Made by a program: the position numbers and the translations under genes. Shown in pieces: positions 40,201-55,200 of a stretch of 64,000 bases of DNA. The DNA comes from Octopus vulgaris (lineage: Eukaryota): the NCBI GenBank assembly GCA_951406725.2, contig CATOCA020000001.1, positions 1,984,001-2,048,000 on the forward strand, given 5' to 3'. The notes beneath the pieces are model-generated. The model saw only the letters and a list, made by a program, of their open reading frames with translations. It was not told where the DNA came from and made no database searches. The number at the start of each line of letters is the position of its first letter. Position 1 is the first letter of the stretch.

Positions 40201-43200
40201 AAAGTACTGACTTCAAAAGACACAAACATATTCAAACAGGAGAGAAAGCGTACCACTGTGATATCTGTGGTAAATCATTCTCTCAAAGTACTGACTTCAA
40301 AAGACACAAACATATTCAAACAGGAGAGAAAGCGTACCACTGTGATATCTGTGGTAAATCATTCTCTCAAAGTACTGACTTCAAAAGACACAAACATATT
40401 CAAACAGGAGAGAAAGCGTACCACTGTGATATCTGTGGTAAATCATTCTCTCAAAGTACTGACTTCAAAAGACACAAACATATTCAAACAGGAGAGAAAG
40501 CGTACCACTGTGATATCTGTGGTAAATCATTCTCTCAAAGTACTGACTTCAAAAGACACAAACATATTCAAACAGGAGAGAAAGCGTACCACTGTGATAT
40601 CTGTGGTAAATCATTCTCTCAAAGTACTGACTTCAAAAGACACAAACATATTCAAACAGGAGAGAAAGCGTACCACTGTGATATCTGTGGTAAATCATTC
40701 TCTCAAAGTACTGACTTCAAAAGACACAAACATATTCAAACAGGGGAGAAAGCGTACCACTGTGATATCTGTGGTAAATCATTCTCTCAAAGTACTGACT
40801 TCAAAAGACACAAACATATTCAAACAGGAGAGAAAGCGTACCACTGTGATATCTGTGGTAAATCATTCTCTCAAAGTACTGACTTCAAAAGACACAAACA
40901 TATTCAAACAGGAGAGAAAGCGTACCACTGTGATATCTGTGGTAAATCATTCTCTCAAAGTACTGACTTCAAAAGACACAAACATATTCAAACAGGAGAG
41001 AAAGCGTACCACTGTGATATCTGTGGTAAATCATTCTCTCAAAGTACTGACTTCAAAAGACACAAACATATTCAAACAGGAGAGAAAGCGTACCACTGTG
41101 ATATCTGTGGTAAATCATTCTCTCAAAGTACTGACTTCAAAAGACACAAACATATTCAAACAGGAGAGAAAGCGTACCACTGTGATATCTGTGGTAAATC
41201 ATTCTCTCAAAGTACTGACTTCAAAAGACACAAACATATTCAAACAGGAGAGAAAGCGTACCACTGTGATATCTGTGGTAAATCATTCTCTCAAAGTACT
41301 GACTTCAAAAGACACAAACATATTCAAACAGGAGAGAAAGCGTACCACTGTGATATCTGTGGTAAATCATTCTCTCAAAGTACTGACTTCAAAAGACACA
41401 AACATATTCAAACAGGAGAGAAAGCGTACCACTGTGATATCTGTGGTAAATCATTCTCTCAAAGTACTGACTTCAAAAGACACAAACATATTCAAACAGG
41501 GAGAAAGCGTACCACTGTGATATCTGTGGTAAATCATTCTCTCAAAGTACTGACTTCAAAAGACACAAACATATTCAAACAGGAGAGAAAGCGTACCACT
41601 GTGATATCTGTGGTAAATCATTCTCTCAAAGTACTGACTTCAAAAGACACAAACATATTCAAACAGGGAGAAAGCGTACCACTGTGATATCTGTGGTAAA
41701 TCATTCTCTCAAAGTACTGACTTCAAAAGACACAAACATATTCAAACAGGAGAGAAAGCGTACCACTGTGATATCTGTGGTAAATCATTCTCTCAAAGTA
41801 CTGACTTCAAAAGACACAAACATATTCAAACAGGAGAGAAAGCGTACCACTGTGATATCTGTGGTAAATCATTCTCTCAAAGTACTGACTTCAAAAGACA
41901 CAAACATATTCAAACAGGAGAGAAAGCGTACCACTGTGATATCTGTGGTAAATCATTCTCTCAAAGTACTGACTTCAAAAGACACAAACATATTCAAACA
42001 GGAGAGAAAGCGTACCACTGTGATATCTGTGGTAAATCATTCTCTCAAAGTACTGACTTCAAAAGACACAAACATATTCAAACAGGAGAGAAAGCGTACC
42101 ACTGTGATATCTGTGGTAAATCATTCTCTCAAAGTACTGACTTCAAAAGACACAAACATATTCAAACAGGAGAGAAAGCGTACCACTGTGATATCTGTGG
42201 TAAATCATTCTCTCAAAGTACTGACTTCAAAAGACACAAACATATTCAAACAGGAGAGAAAGCGTACCACTGTGATATCTGTGGTAAATCATTCTCTCAA
42301 AGTACTGACTTCAAAAGACACAAACATATTCAAACAGGAGAGAAAGCGTACCACTGTGATATCTGTGGTAAATCATTCTCTCAAAGTACTGACTTCAAAA
42401 GACACAAACATATTCAAACAGGAGAGAAAGCGTACCACTGTGATATCTGTGGTAAATCATTCTCTCAAAGTACTGACTTCAAAAGACACAAACATATTCA
42501 AACAGGAGAGAAAGCGTACCACTGTGATATCTGTGGTAAATCATTCTCTCAAAGTACTGACTTCAAAAGACACAAACATATTCAAACAGGGAGAAAGCGT
42601 ACCACTGTGATATCTGTGGTAAATCATTCTCTCAAAGTACTGACTTCAAAAGACACAAACATATTCAAACAGGAGAGAAAGCGTACCACTGTGATATCTG
42701 TGGTAAATCATTCTCTCAAAGTACTGACTTCAAAAGACACAAACATATTCAAACAGGAGAGAAAGCGTACCACTGTGATATCTGTGGTAAATCATTCTCT
42801 CAAAGTACTGACTTCAAAAGACACAAACATATTCAAACAGGAGAGAAAGCGTACCACTGTGATATCTGTGGTAAATCATTCTCTCAAAGTACTGACTTCA
42901 AAAGACACAAACATATTCAAACAGGAGAGAAAGCGTACCACTGTGATATCTGTGGTAAATCATTCTCTCAAAGTACTGACTTCAAAAGACACAAACATAT
43001 TCAAACAGGAGAGAAAGCGTACCACTGTGATATCTGTGGTAAATCATTCTCTCAAAGTACTGACTTCAAAAGACACAAACATATTCAAACAGGAGAGAAA
43101 GCGTACCACTGTGATATCTGTGGTAAATCATTCTCTCAAAGTACTGACTTCAAAAGACACAAACATATTCAAACAGGAGAGAAAGCGTACCACTGTGATA

Positions 43201-46200
43201 TCTGTGGTAAATCATTCTCTCAAAGTACTGACTTCAAAAGACACAAACATATTCAAACAGGAGAGAAAGCGTACCACTGTGATATCTGTGGTAAATCATT
43301 CTCTCAAAGTACTGACTTCAAAAGACACAAACATATTCAAACAGGGAGAAAGCGTACCACTGTGATATCTGTGGTAAATCATTCTCTCAAAGTACTGACT
43401 TCAAAAGACACAAACATATTCAAACAGGAGAGAAAGCGTACCACTGTGATATCTGTGGTAAATCATTCTCTCAAAGTACTGACTTCAAAAGACACAAACA
43501 TATTCAAACAGGAGAGAAAGCGTACCACTGTGATATCTGTGGTAAATCATTCTCTCAAAGTACTGACTTCAAAAGACACAAACATATTCAAACAGGAGAG
43601 AAAGCGTACCACTGTGATATCTGTGGTAAATCATTCTCTCAAAGTACTGACTTCAAAAGACACAAACATATTCAAACAGGAGAGAAAGCGTACCACTGTG
43701 ATATCTGTGGTAAATCATTCTCTCAAAGTACTGACTTCAAAAGACACAAACATATTCAAACAGGAGAGAAAGCGTACCACTGTGATATCTGTGGTAAATC
43801 ATTCTCTCAAAGTACTGACTTCAAAAGACACAAACATATTCAAACAGGAGAGAAAGCGTACCACTGTGATATCTGTGGTAAATCATTCTCTCAAAGTACT
43901 GACTTCAAAAGACACAAACATATTCAAACAGGAGAGAAAGCGTACCACTGTGATATCTGTGGTAAATCATTCTCTCAAAGTACTGACTTCAAAAGACACA
44001 AACATATTCAAACAGGAGAGAAAGCGTACCACTGTGATATCTGTGGTAAATCATTCTCTCAAAGTACTGACTTCAAAAGACACAAACATATTCAAACAGG
44101 AGAGAAAGCGTACCACTGTGATATCTGTGGTAAATCATTCTCTCAAAGTACTGACTTCAAAAGACACAAACATATTCAAACAGGAGAGAAAGCGTACCAC
44201 TGTGATATCTGTGGTAAATCATTCTCTCAAAGTACTGACTTCAAAAGACACAAACATATTCAAACAGGAGAGAAAGCGTACCACTGTGATATCTGTGGTA
44301 AATCATTCTCTCAAAGTACTGACTTCAAAAGACACAAACATATTCAAACAGGGAGAAAGCGTACCACTGTGATATCTGTGGTAAATCATTCTCTCAAAGT
44401 ACTGACTTCAAAAGACACAAACATATTCAAACAGGGAGAAAGCGTACCACTGTGATATCTGTGGTAAATCATTCTCTCAAAGTACTGACTTCAAAAGACA
44501 CAAACATATTCAAACAGGAGAGAAAGCGTACCACTGTGATATCTGTGGTAAATCATTCTCTCAAAGTACTGACTTCAAAAGACACAAACATATTCAAACA
44601 GGAGAGAAAGCGTACCACTGTGATATCTGTGGTAAATCATTCTCTCAAAGTACTGACTTCAAAAGACACAAACATATTCAAACAGGAGAGAAAGCGTACC
44701 ACTGTGATATCTGTGGTAAATCATTCTCTCAAAGTACTGACTTCAAAAGACACAAACATATTCAAACAGGAGAGAAAGCGTACCACTGTGATATCTGTGG
44801 TAAATCATTCTCTCAAAGTACTGACTTCAAAAGACACAAACATATTCAAACAGGAGAGAAAGCGTACCACTGTGATATCTGTGGTAAATCATTCTCTCAA
44901 AGTACTGACTTCAAAAGACACAAACATATTCAAACAGGAGAGAAAGCGTACCACTGTGATATCTGTGGTAAATCATTCTCTCAAAGTACTGACTTCAAAA
45001 GACACAAACATATTCAAACAGGAGAGAAAGCGTACCACTGTGATATCTGTGGTAAATCATTCTCTCAAAGTACTGACTTCAAAAGACACAAACATATTCA
45101 AACAGGAGAGAAAGCGTACCACTGTGATATCTGTGGTAAATCATTCTCTCAAAGTACTGACTTCAAAAGACACAAACATATTCAAACAGGAGAGAAAGCG
45201 TACCACTGTGATATCTGTGGTAAATCATTCTCTCAAAGTACTGACTTCAAAAGACACAAACATATTCAAACAGGAGAGAAAGCGTACCACTGTGATATCT
45301 GTGGTAAATCATTCTCTCAAAGTACTGACTTCAAAAGACACAAACATATTCAAACAGGGAGAAAGCGTACCACTGTGATATCTGTGGTAAATCATTCTCT
45401 CAAAGTACTGACTTCAAAAGACACAAACATATTCAAACAGGAGAGAAAGCGTACCACTGTGATATCTGTGGTAAATCATTCTCTCAAAGTACTGACTTCA
45501 AAAGACACAAACATATTCAAACAGGAGAGAAAGCGTACCACTGTGATATCTGTGGTAAATCATTCTCTCAAAGTACTGACTTCAAAAGACACAAACATAT
45601 TCAAACAGGGAGAAAGCGTACCACTGTGATATCTGTGGTAAATCATTCTCTCAAAGTACTGACTTCAAAAGACACAAACATATTCAAACAGGAGAGAAAG
45701 CGTACCACTGTGATATCTGTGGTAAATCATTCTCTCAAAGTACTGACTTCAAAAGACACAAACATATTCAAACAGGAGAGAAAGCGTACCACTGTGATAT
45801 CTGTGGTAAATCATTCTCTCAAAGTACTGACTTCAAAAGACACAAACATATTCAAACAGGAGAGAAAGCGTACCACTGTGATATCTGTGGTAAATCATTC
45901 TCTCAAAGTACTGACTTCAAAAGACACAAACATATTCAAACAGGAGAGAAAGCGTACCACTGTGATATCTGTGGTAAATCATTCTCTCAAAGTACTGACT
46001 TCAAAAGACACAAACATATTCAAACAGGAGAGAAAGCGTACCACTGTGATATCTGTGGTAAATCATTCTCTCAAAGTACTGACTTCAAAAGACACAAACA
46101 TATTCAAACAGGAGAGAAAGCGTACCACTGTGATATCTGTGGTAAATCATTCTCTCAAAGTACTGACTTCAAAAGACACAAACATATTCAAACAGGAGAG

Positions 46201-49200
46201 AAAGCGTACCACTGTGATATCTGTGGTAAATCATTCTCTCAAAGTACTGACTTCAAAAGACACAAACATATTCAAACAGGAGAGAAAGCGTACCACTGTG
46301 ATATCTGTGGTAAATCATTCTCTCAAAGTACTGACTTCAAAAGACACAAACATATTCAAACAGGAGAGAAAGCGTACCACTGTGATATCTGTGGTAAATC
46401 ATTCTCTCAAAGTACTGACTTCAAAAGACACAAACATATTCAAACAGGGAGAAAGCGTACCACTGTGATATCTGTGGTAAATCATTCTCTCAAAGTACTG
46501 ACTTCAAAAGACACAAACATATTCAAACAGGAGAGAAAGCGTACCACTGTGATATCTGTGGTAAATCATTCTCTCAAAGTACTGACTTCAAAAGACACAA
46601 ACATATTCAAACAGGAGAGAAAGCGTACCACTGTGATATCTGTGGTAAATCATTCTCTCAAAGTACTGACTTCAAAAGACACAAACATATTCAAACAGGA
46701 GAGAAAGCGTACCACTGTGATATCTGTGGTAAATCATTCTCTCAAAGTACTGACTTCAAAAGACACAAACATATTCAAACAGGGAGAAAGCGTACCACTG
46801 TGATATCTGTGGTAAATCATTCTCTCAAAGTACTGACTTCAAAAGACACAAACATATTCAAACAGGAGAGAAAGCGTACCACTGTGATATCTGTGGTAAA
46901 TCATTCTCTCAAAGTACTGACTTCAAAAGACACAAACATATTCAAACAGGAGAGAAAGCGTACCACTGTGATATCTGTGGTAAATCATTCTCTCAAAGTA
47001 CTGACTTCAAAAGACACAAACATATTCAAACAGGAGAGAAAGCGTACCACTGTGATATCTGTGGTAAATCATTCTCTCAAAGTACTGACTTCAAAAGACA
47101 CAAACATATTCAAACAGGAGAGAAAGCGTACCACTGTGATATCTGTGGTAAATCATTCTCTCAAAGTACTGACTTCAAAAGACACAAACATATTCAAACA
47201 GGGGAGAAAGAGTACCACTGTGATATCTGTGGTAAAACATTCTCTCAAAGTACTGACTTCAAAAGACACAAACATATTCAAACAGGAGAGAAAACGTACC
47301 ACTGTGATATCTGTGGTAAATCATTCTCTCAAAGTACTGACTTCAAAAGACACAAACATATTCAAACAGGAGAGAAAGCGTACCACTGTGATATCTGTGG
47401 TAAATCATTCTCTCAAAGTACTGACTTCAAAAGACACAAACATATTCAAACAGGAGAGAAAGCGTACCACTGTGATATCTGTGGTAAATCATTCTCTCAA
47501 AGTACTGACTTCAAAAGACACAAACATATTCAAACAGGAGAGAAAGCGTACCACTGTGATATCTGTGGTAAATCATTCTCTCAAAGTACTGACTTCAAAA
47601 GACACAAACATATTCAAACAGGAGAGAAAGCGTACCACTGTGATATCTGTGGTAAATCATTCTCTCAAAGTACTGACTTCAAAAGACACAAACATATTCA
47701 CACAGGAGAGAAAGCGTACCACTGTGATATCTGTGGTAAATCATTCTCTCAAAGTACTGACTTCAAAAGACACAAACATATTCAAACAGGAGAGAAAGCG
47801 TACCACTGTGATATCTGTGGTAAATCATTCTCTCAAAGTACTGACTTCAAAAGACACAAACATATTCAAACAGGAGAGAAAGCGTACCACTGTGATATCT
47901 GTGGTAAATCATTCTCTCAAAGTACTGACTTCAAAAGACACAAACATATTCAAACAGGAGAGAAAGCGTACCACTGTGATATCTGTGGTAAATCATTCTC
48001 TCAAAGTACTGACTTCAAAAGACACAAACATATTCAAACAGGAGAGAAAGCGTACCACTGTGATATCTGTGGTAAATCATTCTCTCAAAGTACTGACTTC
48101 AAAAGACACAAACATATTCAAACAGGAGAGAAAGCGTACCACTGTGATATCTGTGGTAAATCATTCTCTCAAAGTACTGACTTCAAAAGACACAAACATA
48201 TTCAAACAGGAGAGAAAGCGTACCACTGTGATATCTGTGGTAAATCATTCTCTCAAAGTACTGACTTCAAAAGACACAAACATATTCAAACAGGAGAGAA
48301 AGCGTACCACTGTGATATCTGTGGTAAATCATTCTCTCAAAGTACTGACTTCAAAAGACACAAACATATTCAAACAGGAGAGAAAGCGTACCACTGTGAT
48401 ATCTGTGGTAAATCATTCTCTCAAAGTACTGACTTCAAAAGACACAAACATATTCAAACAGGAGAGAAAGCGTACCACTGTGATATCTGTGGTAAATCAT
48501 TCTCTCAAAGTACTGACTTCAAAAGACACAAACATATTCAAACAGGAGAGAAAGCGTACCACTGTGATATCTGTGGTAAATCATTCTCTCAAAGTACTGA
48601 CTTCAAAAGACACAAACATATTCAAACAGGGAGAAAGCGTACCACTGTGATATCTGTGGTAAATCATTCTCTCAAAGTACTGACTTCAAAAGACACAAAC
48701 ATATTCAAACAGGGAGAAAGCGTACCACTGTGATATCTGTGGTAAATCATTCTCTCAAAGTACTGACTTCAAAAGACACAAACATATTCAAACAGGAGAG
48801 AAAGCGTACCACTGTGATATCTGTGGTAAATCATTCTCTCAAAGTACTGACTTCAAAAGACACAAACATATTCAAACAGGAGAGAAAGCGTACCACTGTG
48901 ATATCTGTGGTAAATCATTCTCTCAAAGTACTGACTTCAAAAGACACAAACATATTCAAACAGGAGAGAAAGCGTACCACTGTGATATCTGTGGTAAATC
49001 ATTCTCTCAAAGTACTGACTTCAAAAGACACAAACATATTCAAACAGGGAGAAAGCGTACCACTGTGATATCTGTGGTAAATCATTCTCTCAAAGTACTG
49101 ACTTCAAAAGACACAAACATATTCAAACAGGAGAGAAAGCGTACCACTGTGATATCTGTGGTAAATCATCCTCTCAAAGTACTGACTTCAAAAGACACAA

Positions 49201-52200
49201 ACATATTCAAACAGGAGAGAAAGCGTACCACTGTGATATCTGTGGTAAATCATTCTCTCAAAGTACTGACTTCAAAAGACACAAACATATTCAAACAGGG
49301 AGAAAGCGTACCACTGTGATATCTGTGGTAAATCATTCTCTCAAAGTACTGACTTCAAAAGACACAAACATATTCAAACAGGAGAGAAAGCGTACCACTG
49401 TGATATCTGTGGTAAATCATTCTCTCAAAGTACTGACTTCAAAAGACACAAACATATTCAAACAGGAGAGAAAGCGTACCACTGTGATATCTGTGGTAAA
49501 TCATTCTCTCAAAGTACTGACTTCAAAAGACACAAACATATTCAAACAGGGGAGAAAGCAGTACCACTGTGATATCTGTGGTAAATCATTCTCTCAAAGT
49601 ACTGACTTCAAAAGACACAAACATATTCAAACAGGAGAGAAAGCGTACCACTGTGATATCTGTGGTAAATCATTCTCTCAAAGTACTGACTTCAAAAGAC
49701 ACAAACATATTCAAACAGGAGAGAAAGCGTACCACTGTGATATCTGTGGTAAAACATTCTCTCAAAGTACTGACTTCAAAAGACACAAACATATTCAAAC
49801 AAGAAAGCGTACCACTGTGATATCTGTGGTAAATCATTCTCTCAAAGTACTGACTTCAAAAGACCCAAACATATTCAAACAGGGGAGAAAGCGTACCACT
49901 GTGATATCTGTGGTAAATCATTCTCTCAAAAAAACTGACTTCAAAAGACACAAACATATTCAAACAGGCGAGAAAGCGTACCACTGTGATATCTGTGGTA
50001 AATCATTCTCTCAAAGTACTGACTTCAAAAGACACAAACATATTCAAACAGGAGAGAAAGCGTACCACTGTGATATCTGTGGTAAATCATTCTCTCAAAG
50101 TACTGACTTCAAAAGACACAAACATATTCAAACAGGAGAGAAAGCGTACCACTGTGATATCTGTGGTAAATCATTCTCTCAAAGTACTGACTTCAAAAGT
50201 CACAATCATATTCAAACAGGAGAGAAAGCGTACCACTGTGATATCTGTGGTAAATCATTCTCTCAAAGTACTGACTTCAAAAGACACAAACATATTCAAA
50301 CAGGAGAGAAAGCGTACCACTGTGATATCTGTGGTAAATCATTCTCTCAAAGTACTGACTTCAAAAGTACACAAACATATTCAAACAGGGGAGAAAGCGA
50401 CTACCACTGTGATATCTGTGGTAAATCATTCTCTCAAAGTACTGACTTCAAAGGACACAAACATATTCAAACAGGAGAGAAAGCGTACTACTGTGATATC
50501 TGTGGTAAATAATTCTCTCAAAGTACTGACTTCAAAAGACACAAATATATTCAAACAGGAGAGAATGCGTACCTCTGTGATATCTGTGGTAAAACATTCT
50601 TTCAAAGTACTGACTTCAAAAGACACAAACATATTCAAACAGGGGAGAAAGCGTACCACTGTGATATCTGTGGTAAATCATTCTCTCAAAGTACTGACTT
50701 CAAAAGACACAAACATATTGAAACAGGGGAGAAAGCGTACCACTGTGATATCTGTGGTAATTCATTCTCTCAAAGAACTGACTTCAAAAGACACAAACAT
50801 ATTCAAACAGGCGAGAAAGCGTACCACTGTGATATCTGTGGTAAATCATTCTCTCAAAGTACTGACTTCAAAAGACACAAACATATTCAAACAGGAGAGA
50901 AAGCGTACCACTGTGATATCTGTGGTAAATCATACTCTCAAAGTACTGACTTCAACAGACACAAACATATTCAAACAGGGGAGAAAGCTTACCACTGTGA
51001 TATCTGTGGTATATCATTCTCTCAAAGTACTGACTTCAAAAGTCACAAACATATTCAAACAGGAGAGAAAGCGTACAACTGTGATATCTGTGGTAAATCA
51101 TTCTCTCAAAGTACTGCCTTCAAAAGACACAAACATATTCAAACAGGAGAGAAAGCGTTCCACTGTGATATCTGTGGTAAATCATTCTCTCAAAGTACTG
51201 ACTTCAAAAGACACAAACATATTCAAACAGGGGAGAATGCGTACCACTGTGATATCTGTGGTAAATCATTCTCTCAAAGTACTGACTTCAAAAGACACAA
51301 ACATATTCAAACAGGAGAGAAAGCGTACCACTGTGATATCTGTGGTAAATCATTCTCTCAATGTACTTACTTCAAAAGACACAAACATATGCAAACAGGA
51401 GAGAAAGCGTACCACTGTGATATCTGTGGTAAATCATTCTCTCAAAGTACTGACTTCAAAAGACACAAACATATTCAAACAGGGAGAAAGCGTTACACTG
51501 TGATATCTGTGGTAAATCATTCTCTCAAAGTACTGACTTCAAAAGACACAAACATATTCAAACAGGAGAGAAAGCGTACCACTGTGATATCTGTGGTAAA
51601 TCATTCTCTCAAAGTACTGACTTCAAAAGACACAAACATATTCAAACAGGGAGAAAGCGTACCACTGTGATATCTGTGGTAAATCATTCTCTCAAAGTAC
51701 TGACTTCAAAAGACACAAACATATTCAAACAGGAGAGAAAGCGTACCACTGTGATATCTGTGGTAAATCATTCTCTCAAAGTACTGACTTCAAAAGACAC
51801 AAACATATTCAAACAGGAGAGAAAGCGTACCACTGTGATATCTGTGGTAAATCATTCTCTCAAAGTACTGACTTCAAAAGACACAAACATATTCAAACAG
51901 GAGAGAAAGCGTACCACTGTGATATCTGTGGTAAATCATTCTCTCAAAGTACTGACTTCAAAAGACACAAACATATTCAAACAGGAGAGAAAGCGTACCA
52001 CTGTGATATCTGTGGTAAATCATTCTCTCAATGTACTTACTTCAAAAGACACAAACATATGCAAACAGGAGAGAAAGCATACCACTGTGATATCTGTGGT
52101 AAATCATTCTCTAAAAGTACTGACTTCAAAAGACACAAGAAGCATATTCAAACAGGAGAGAAAGCGTACCACTGTGATATCTGTGGTAAATCATTCTCTC

Positions 52201-55200
52201 AAAGTACTGACTTCAAAAGACACAAGCATATTCAAACAGGAGAGAAAGCGTACCACTGTGATATCTGTGGTAAATCATTCTCTCAAAAAGTACTGACTTC
52301 AAAAGACACAAACATATTCAAACAGGGGAGAAAGCGTACCACTGTGATATCTGTGGTAAATCATTCTCTCAAAGTACTGACTTCAAAAGACACAAACATA
52401 TTCAAACAGGAGAGAAAGCGTACCACTGTGATATCTGTGGTAAATCATTCTCTCAAAGTACTGACTTCAAAAGACACAAACATATTCAAACAGGAGAGAA
52501 AGCGTACCACTGTGATATCTGTGGTAAATCATTCTCTCAAAGTACTGACTTCAAAAGACACAAACATATTCAAACAGGAGAGAAAGCGTACCACTGTGAT
52601 ATCTGTGGTAAATAATTCTCTCAAAGTACTGACTTCAAAAGACACAAACATATTCAAACAGGAGAGAAAGCGTACTACTGTGATATCTGTGGTAAATCAT
52701 TCTCTCAAAGTACTGACTTCAAAAGACACAAACATATTCAAACAGGAGAGAAAGCGTACCACTGTGATATCTGTGGTAGATCATTCTCTCAAAGTACTGA
52801 CTTCAAAAGACACAAACATATTCAAACAGGAGAGAAAGCGTACCACTGTGATATCTGTGGTAAAACATTCTCTCAAAGTACTGACTTCAAAAGACACAAA
52901 CATATTCAAACAGGAGAGAAAGCGTACCACTGTGATATCTGTGGTAAATCATTCTCTCAAAGTACTGACTTCAAAAGACACAAACATATTCAAACAGGAG
53001 AGAAAGCGTACCACTGTGATATCTGTTAAATCATTCTCTCAAAGTACTGACTTCAAAAGACACAAACATATTCAAACAGAGAGAAAGCGTACCACTGTGA
53101 TATCTGTGGTAAATCATTCTCTCAAAGTACTGACTTCAAAAGACACAAACATATTCAAACAGGAGAGAAAGCGTACCACTGTGATATCTGTGGTAAATCA
53201 TTCTCTCAAAGTACTGACTTCAAAAGACACAAACATATTCAAACAGGGGAGAAAGCGTACCACTGTGATATCTGTGGTAAATCATTCTCTCAAAGTACTG
53301 ACTTCAAAAGACACAAACATATTCAAGCAGGAGAGAAAGCGTACCACTGTGATATCTGTGGTAAATCATTCCCTCAAAGTCCTGACTTCAAAAGACACAA
53401 ACATATTCAAACAGGAGAGAAAGCGTACCACTGTGATATCTGTGGTAAATCATTCTCTCAAAGTACTGACTTCAAAAGACACAAACATATTCAAACAGGA
53501 GAGAAAGCGTACCACTGTGATATCTGTGGTAAATCATTCTCTCAAAGTACTGACTTCAAAAGACACAAACATATTCATTCAAAAAAGGAGAGAAAGCGTA
53601 CCACTGTGATATCTGTGGTAAATCATTCTCTCAAAGTACTGACTTCAAAAGACACAAACATATTCAAACAGGGGATAAAGCGTACCACTGTGATATCTGT
53701 GGTAAATCATTCTCTCAAAGTACTGACTTCAAAAGACACAAACATATTCAAACAGGGGAGAAAGCGTACCACTGTGATATCTGTGGTAAATCATTCTCTC
53801 AAAGTACTGACTTCAAAAGACACAAACATATTCAAACAGGAGAGAAAGCGTACCACTGTGATATCTGTGGTAAATCATTCTCTCAAAGTACTGACTTCAA
53901 AAGACACAAACATATTCAAACAGGGGAGAAATCGTACCACTGTGATATCTGTGGTAAATCATTCTCTCAAAGTACTGACTTCAAAAGACACAAACATATT
54001 CAAACAGGAGAGAAATCGTACCACTGTGATATCTGTGGTAAATCATTCTCTCAAAGTACTGACTTCAAAAGACACAAACATATTCAAACAGGAGAGAAAG
54101 CGTACCACTGTGATATCTGTGGTAAATCATTCTCTCAAAGTACTGACTTCAAAAGACACAAACATATTCAAACAGGAGAGAAAGCGTACCACTGTGATAT
54201 CTGTGGTAAATCATTCTCTCAAAGTACTGATTTCAAAAGACAGAAACATATACAAACAGGGGTGAAAGCGTACCACTGTGATATCTGTGGTAAATCATTC
54301 TCTCAAAGTACTGACTTCAAAAGACACAAACATATTCAAACAGTGGAGAAAGCGTACCACTGTGATATCTGTGTTAAATCATTCTCTCAAAGTACTGACT
54401 TCACAAGACACAAACATATTCAAACAGGAGAGAAAGCGTACCACTGTGATATCTGTGGTAAATCATTCTCTCAAAGTACTGACTTCAAAAGACACAAACA
54501 TATTCAAACAGGAGAGAAAGCGTACCACTGTGATATCTATGGTAAATCATTCTCTCAAAGTACTTACTTCAAAAGACACAAACATATTCAAACAGGGGAG
54601 AAAGCGTACCACTGTGATATCTGTGGTAAATCATTCTCTCAAAGTACTGACTTCAAAAGACACAAACATATTCAAACAGGAGAGAAAGCGTACCACTGTG
54701 ATATCTGTGGTAAATCATTCTCTCAAAGTACTGACTTCAAAAGACACAAACATATTCAAACAGGAGAGAAAGCGTACCACTGTGATATCTGTGGTAAATC
54801 ATTCTCTCAAAGTACTGACTTCAAAAGACACAAACATATTCAAACAGGAGAGAAAGCGTACCACTGTGATATCTGTGGTAAATCATTCTCTCAAAGTACT
54901 GACTTCAAAAGACACAAACATATTCAAACAGGAGAGAAAGCGTACCACTGTGATATCTGTGGTAAATCATTCTCTCAAAGTACTGACTTCAAAAGACACA
55001 AACATATTCAAACAGGAGAGAAAGCGTACCACTGTGATATCTGTGGTAAATCATTCTCTCAAAGTACTGACTTCAAAAGACACAAACATATTCACACAGG
55101 GGAGAAAGCGTACCACTGTGATGTCTGTGGTAAATCATTCTCTCAAAGTACTGACTTCAAAAGACACAAACATATTCAAACAGGAGAAAGCGTACCACTG

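Noticed and set aside
32270-49310. Regular higher-order period in the core defined by G3/G4 variants
   Set aside because: Spacings are irregular (1 to 13 units when both forms are counted), so no fixed period is supported.
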